Part shown: in pieces, positions 60,393 through 64,000 of the stretch
Position numbering within the stretch: the stretch's first letter is position 1
How the letters are laid out: each line of letters opens with the position of its first letter
Source of the DNA: Sphaerodactylus townsendi
Taxonomy: Eukaryota
Direction: 5' to 3'
Assembly (NCBI RefSeq): GCF_021028975.2
Contig: NC_059428.1
Span: 138,880,001 to 138,944,000, forward strand
Length of the DNA: 64,000 bases
The notes under the pieces: model-generated
The model's database searches: none
Seen by the model: only the letters and a program-made list of their open reading frames with translations
What the model was told of the DNA's origin: nothing
Translations under genes and position numbers: made by a program

Positions 60393-63167
60393 GTGTGTGC
60401 GGGCACGTGCACTTGTGTTGTTGCAGAGTTTTCCAGCGATGGAGAAGGAGGCCACAGACAGATTGTCCAAGGAGATGCTGGCTTCTTTGGGGCAGCTGCC
60501 GGAGCAGCACAAGGAACTTGCGACCCGAGTCACTTCACTGGAGAAGAAGCTGAAGTGCCAAGCTGAGCAGCCAAGTGAGGGGGCCGGGTTCAGGGGGTGG
60601 GGGGCGAAGGCAGGAACAACCCTCCCCCACCATCCAGTGGGGATGAATCTCTGATGGACAAGGGGGCAGAGTTGACAGCCGGCTAAGCTTGCCCCATTTG
60701 GACCCAGCAATCAGAACATGGAGAAGCCCTGCCTCAAAGGTCTTGGAAGAAGGGTCAGTGGGCCAGTCCTTTCCCCTGAGACAGCACTAAGGAAATGCTT
60801 TCTGCGCATGCTCAAGGAGGCTCTTAGCGCTGATTCACATGATGCAACATTTTGTGTTCTCCATAAAGACTTTGGATCCCACATGTGCTGGGAGACCCTT
60901 CTTCCCTGACCCACCAGTTTGAATAGGACCCACCAGTTTGAATGGCCCCTGGAGCAAATAGAGGGTCTCCCAGGCCCCATCAGGCTTGCCAGGGGAGGGA
61001 GGCTGGGTCCTTCTTGCTCACACACTGGTCCCTTTCCGAATCAGATCTCTGGAACCCCGTGGGACTCCTGCTTCTTGTCTGAACCGGCGCTGATTTTCTC
61101 GCATTCCCTCCAATGACCCATTCCGAGTTCCTTCTGTGTTTTCAGAACCTTCTGAAATCGTGGGTGATGACGGGATGGAAACGACATCGCTGACATCACT
61201 GACGGAGCGTGTGAATTCCCTGGAGAGTTGCGACCTGCAGGTGACAGGAGGGGGATCACAGAACTGGGGTGGGCTTGGTCATCATTTGTAATTGGCTGAC
61301 TGACCGAACCCAAAGGATGCTCATCAGCGGCTGCTCTTCACCCTGGAGAGAAGTGACTAGTGGGGTGCCGCAGGGTTTGGTCCTGGGCCCAGTGTGATTC
61401 AATATTTTTACCAACGACTTGGATGATAGAATAGAGGGCATGCTGATCAAATCTGCAGATGACACCAAATCAGGAGAGGTAGCTGATACTCCGGAGGACA
61501 GAGTCAGAATTCAAAATGACCTGGACAGATCAGAGAGCTGGGCCAAAATTAACAAAATGAATTTCAACAGATATAAATGAAAGATACTACACTTTGGCAG
61601 GAAAAAAATGAAATGCACAGGTATAGGATGGGGAAATGTGAAACAGTACATGTGAAAGGGCTGTCACGTTGACAATGGAGCAAGCTTGTTTTCTGCTGCT
61701 CTAGAGACTGGGACAAGGTGTAATGGATTTAATGTACAGGAAAAGAGATTCCACCTAAACATTAGGAAGAACCTCCTGACAGTCAGGGCAGGAATACACG
61801 GAGTGTGGTGGACTCTACTTCTGTGGAGATTTTTGAACAGAGGCTGGATGGTGGGAGTGCTCTGACGGTGTGTTCCTGCATGGCTGGGGGTTGGACTTCA
61901 TGGCCCTGGTGGTCTCTTCCAAATCCATGATTCTCTCTCTCCTTGCCACAGATCTGATGCTGTCCAACTTTGGAGAGACCAGCCGCTGAGGGTGCCCCAG
62001 CCCCCTCCCCTCTGCTCCAAATGGGTCCCTAATACCATCGGGACCCATTATTCTTTTTGGGAGGGTTGCATAAGGGTTTCGTGGGACGCTGTTTTAGGAT
62101 ATAACTGTTTTAAATTGTATGTATGATTTTATATATGATGTTTTATACTGTACNNNNNNNNNNNNNNNNNNNNNNNNNNNNNNNNNNNNNNNNNNNNNNN
62201 NNNNNNNNNNNNNNNNNNNNNNNNNNNNNNNNNNNNNNNNNNNNNNNNNNNNNNNNNNNNNNNNNNNNNNNNNNNNNNNNNCAAAGGAGGGGGGCAAACC
62301 AACCCACTCCCTCATTGCTGGCTCCAGGCGGCTCAAACAAACCAGCCAAGCCACATTCCGTGGGAGAAAACAAGAAAAATGTAAAACCTTTTTTAAAAAG
62401 TTGTAATTAGAAACCCTTGTGAAGCGGGAGAAAATTCCCACTGAGACCCAACCTTTGAGTTGTAAATGAAACCCTTGTGCCACCAGAGGGAGGCCCACAG
62501 CGCCAGCGCATCACCATTTCAGCATGGTTCTCCCCTGCGGCTGGCCAGATCTTGCTAGAAGAACTGAAACTACCCAGCTCTTTAGCAGAGAAAAAAAACA
62601 AAACACAGCAGAGCTATAAAAAGAGTTATCCTTTAGTAAAGTTCTAAGTATAAAAAGTCAGGCTGCAAAATATGTACTTACAAAAGAGGAAGACAAAATA
62701 GTCCTGTGCTAAAAAGCACCGGAAAGCAAACAAGCTCACACAACAAGCAAATAAGGAAAAAAATACAGCATTGTTAAATTTGCCACTCCCACATAAGAGG
62801 CGGCCTTGATGGTCATCCACAATCAACCAATTAACTGCCCAGCTGCCCTGCACAGTGGCCAAATGGTGCAACTACCTCACTCCTGCAATTTACTTGCATA
62901 AAAGATGCCAAATATTCTAACAGATCTCACCCAGCCCCCCAGCCTGTCCTCACAAGGGAAAAGTGTGGGGGGGGGGACGGAGCTCTTGGGCCCCCAGCTG
63001 GGTGTGAAGTGAAGACGAGGGGGCACTCAGCGGCTGTCTGTGCTTGCTCCCCTCAGAGGAAGGAATCCCTGAAAGGCATCCTGGACGAGATCCCGAAGCT
63101 GAAAGAACAATATGAGGCCCTGGAGAGGGCAGTGGAAAAGGTGAAGAGGAACTCGTCCAACATCCAG
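53771..63167 (+). CDS. C16orf96: C16orf96 ortholog (QRICH2-like N-terminus, coiled-coil), 5' exons; gene continues to the right
   Basis: Exons 53771-54199, 55310-55414, 56708-56788, 59468-59554, 60427-60574, 61146-61240, 63057-63167 join in phase. N-terminus MSQRVTFGELVNLAIGTPELGNVNFNALHFLLHSMLQH resembles C16orf96/QRICH2. Position after CDIP1 is syntenic. Later exons are less certain, and an assembly gap lies in the last intron. Confidence 0.8.
54937..55110 (+). mobile_element. 5S rRNA-derived SINE (5S-Sauria-like)
   Basis: CTGATCTCAGAGGCTAAGCAGGGTCAGCCCTGGTCAGTATTTGGGTGGAGGACCACC resembles the 5S internal control region, followed by a Sauria-like 3' part. Confidence 0.65.
56186..56477 (+). 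mobile_element. Squam3-like SINE
   Basis: A-box and B-box head, (CTT)n tail. Confidence 0.8.
56637..56703. repeat. (TCC)n/(TTC)n microsatellite
   Basis: About 19 TCC units then TTC units, directly before the acceptor AG at 56706-56707. Confidence 0.95.
57114..57255. mobile_element. Palindromic hAT MITE nested in a CR1 3' fragment (~57040-57620, -)
   Basis: Long inverted arms, TSD ACCTAGAG/AACTAGAG. Confidence 0.8.
57915..58049. mobile_element. Near-perfect palindromic hAT MITE nested in CR1
   Basis: 135-bp hairpin with perfect TSD CCCTACGA. Confidence 0.88.
58506..58797 (+). mobile_element. Sauria SINE (Squam1)
   Basis: tRNA-like head (GATGTAGTGG, GAGTTCGAGCC), BovB-like GCAATGGCAAACTACCCC, (ACCTTT)n tail, TSD CATGTTGGTG. 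Confidence 0.8.
59762..60121 (-). mobile_element. Solo LTR family A, copy 3
   Basis: Highly similar to 6035-6413. Reverse strand starts TGTCAGGG. Confidence 0.65.
60351..60399. repeat. (TG)n microsatellite upstream of a C16orf96 acceptor
   Basis: Visible dinucleotide run. Confidence 0.9.
61285..61935 (+). mobile_element. CR1 LINE 3' fragment
   Basis: [35 protein letters not shown] RT motif followed by a CR1 3' UTR. Confidence 0.85.
62154..62281. other. Assembly gap (N run)
   Basis: 128 N. Confidence 0.99.
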
Positions 63168-63717
63168 GTGAGCCGGGGAGGGGCCCCCTGGTTGGAGCTC
63201 CCAAGCGCAGGCCTGTGTCGACTACAGGGGTCACTGGGAAGGAACCCCCTCTGGTTTGGCCAATCCTCATTCCAGGGCAGGCAACACCTGAAGGGGCCAA
63301 CCAGAGTGGGTTAGTGTTGCCGAGGGGCTTGAGCCGCTGTGAGAAGGGCAAAGGAAACTGGGAAATAATCAGGGAGACGGCGAGCACAAACTATCAGCAT
63401 GGTGTCTAAATGGAACCTCAATACACCTCTGAACTCTAGTTGCTGAGGTGGTGCCAGCCGTGTGTGTGTGTGTACGCCTTTTGGTCCTGCTAGGTCTTCC
63501 TGGGAGCAAAGGGGCAGATTGGCAAGCTGAGCACTGAAGTTGAGTAATTAAGGCAGTGTGTTTGGCTGATGCTGTAGAGCTCATCATCCACCCTTACAAT
63601 TAAAAAACCTGAAAAAACTTCCCTCATGGGTGGCGTTCAGCATTCCTCCTCTGGAACAGGGCTGGCCGAAGAGGCACCGGTGTGTAGAATTTCTAGAAAA
63701 ACAAAGTGTGAATTGTA

Positions 63718-63869
63718 TGGTCAAAGGCTTTCACGGCTGGAATCACTATTGTGGGTTTTCTGGGTTGTATGGCCGTGTTCCGATAGGAGAATCTCCTGAA
63801 GTTTCGGGCCGCTGAGAGAATGCCACTACTGGAACACGTTTATACAACCCAGAAAACCCAGAACACCCT
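63718..63869. mobile_element. Penelope-like element fragment with inverted arms
   Basis: Same family as 7396-7570. Confidence 0.7.
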
Positions 63870-64000
63870 AGGGTGTGAATTATTGGATCTGGCAATGTGG
63901 AACATAATAATGCTGCTTTGATTTTGGAACAAAATTGTCCAATTGTAAAAGCTGAGATTTTTGTTTTCTGAACTTGGGGGGAAAAAATTCCAGTATGTGT

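Overview
GC-rich vertebrate genomic DNA. The repeat content (Squam3-like and Sauria SINEs, 5S-Sauria-like SINE, CR1, L2, Penelope, SPIN and other hAT MITEs) points to a squamate, probably a gecko. The window holds the conserved block orthologous to human 16p13.3: CORO7 (5' end, -), DNAJA3 (+, with both Tid1-L and Tid1-S terminal exons), NMRAL1 (-), HMOX2 (+), CDIP1 (-) and C16orf96 (5' part, +). I built each exon by hand from GT-AG sites, and the reading frames join in phase. Most of the supplied six-frame ORFs are spurious. The features not explained by these genes are: (1) a multi-exon, disabled Myb/SANT (trihelix-like) gene in a PIF/Harbinger-like element between CDIP1 and C16orf96; (2) Penelope fragments, one with a near-complete minimal hammerhead-ribozyme motif; (3) a SPIN-type MITE; (4) two palindromic MITEs with template-switch scars; (5) an NMRAL1/HMOX2 bidirectional promoter and abutting DNAJA3/NMRAL1 poly(A) signals. 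I found no clearly new multi-gene system. Family names come from recalled consensus sequences, not from database searches.
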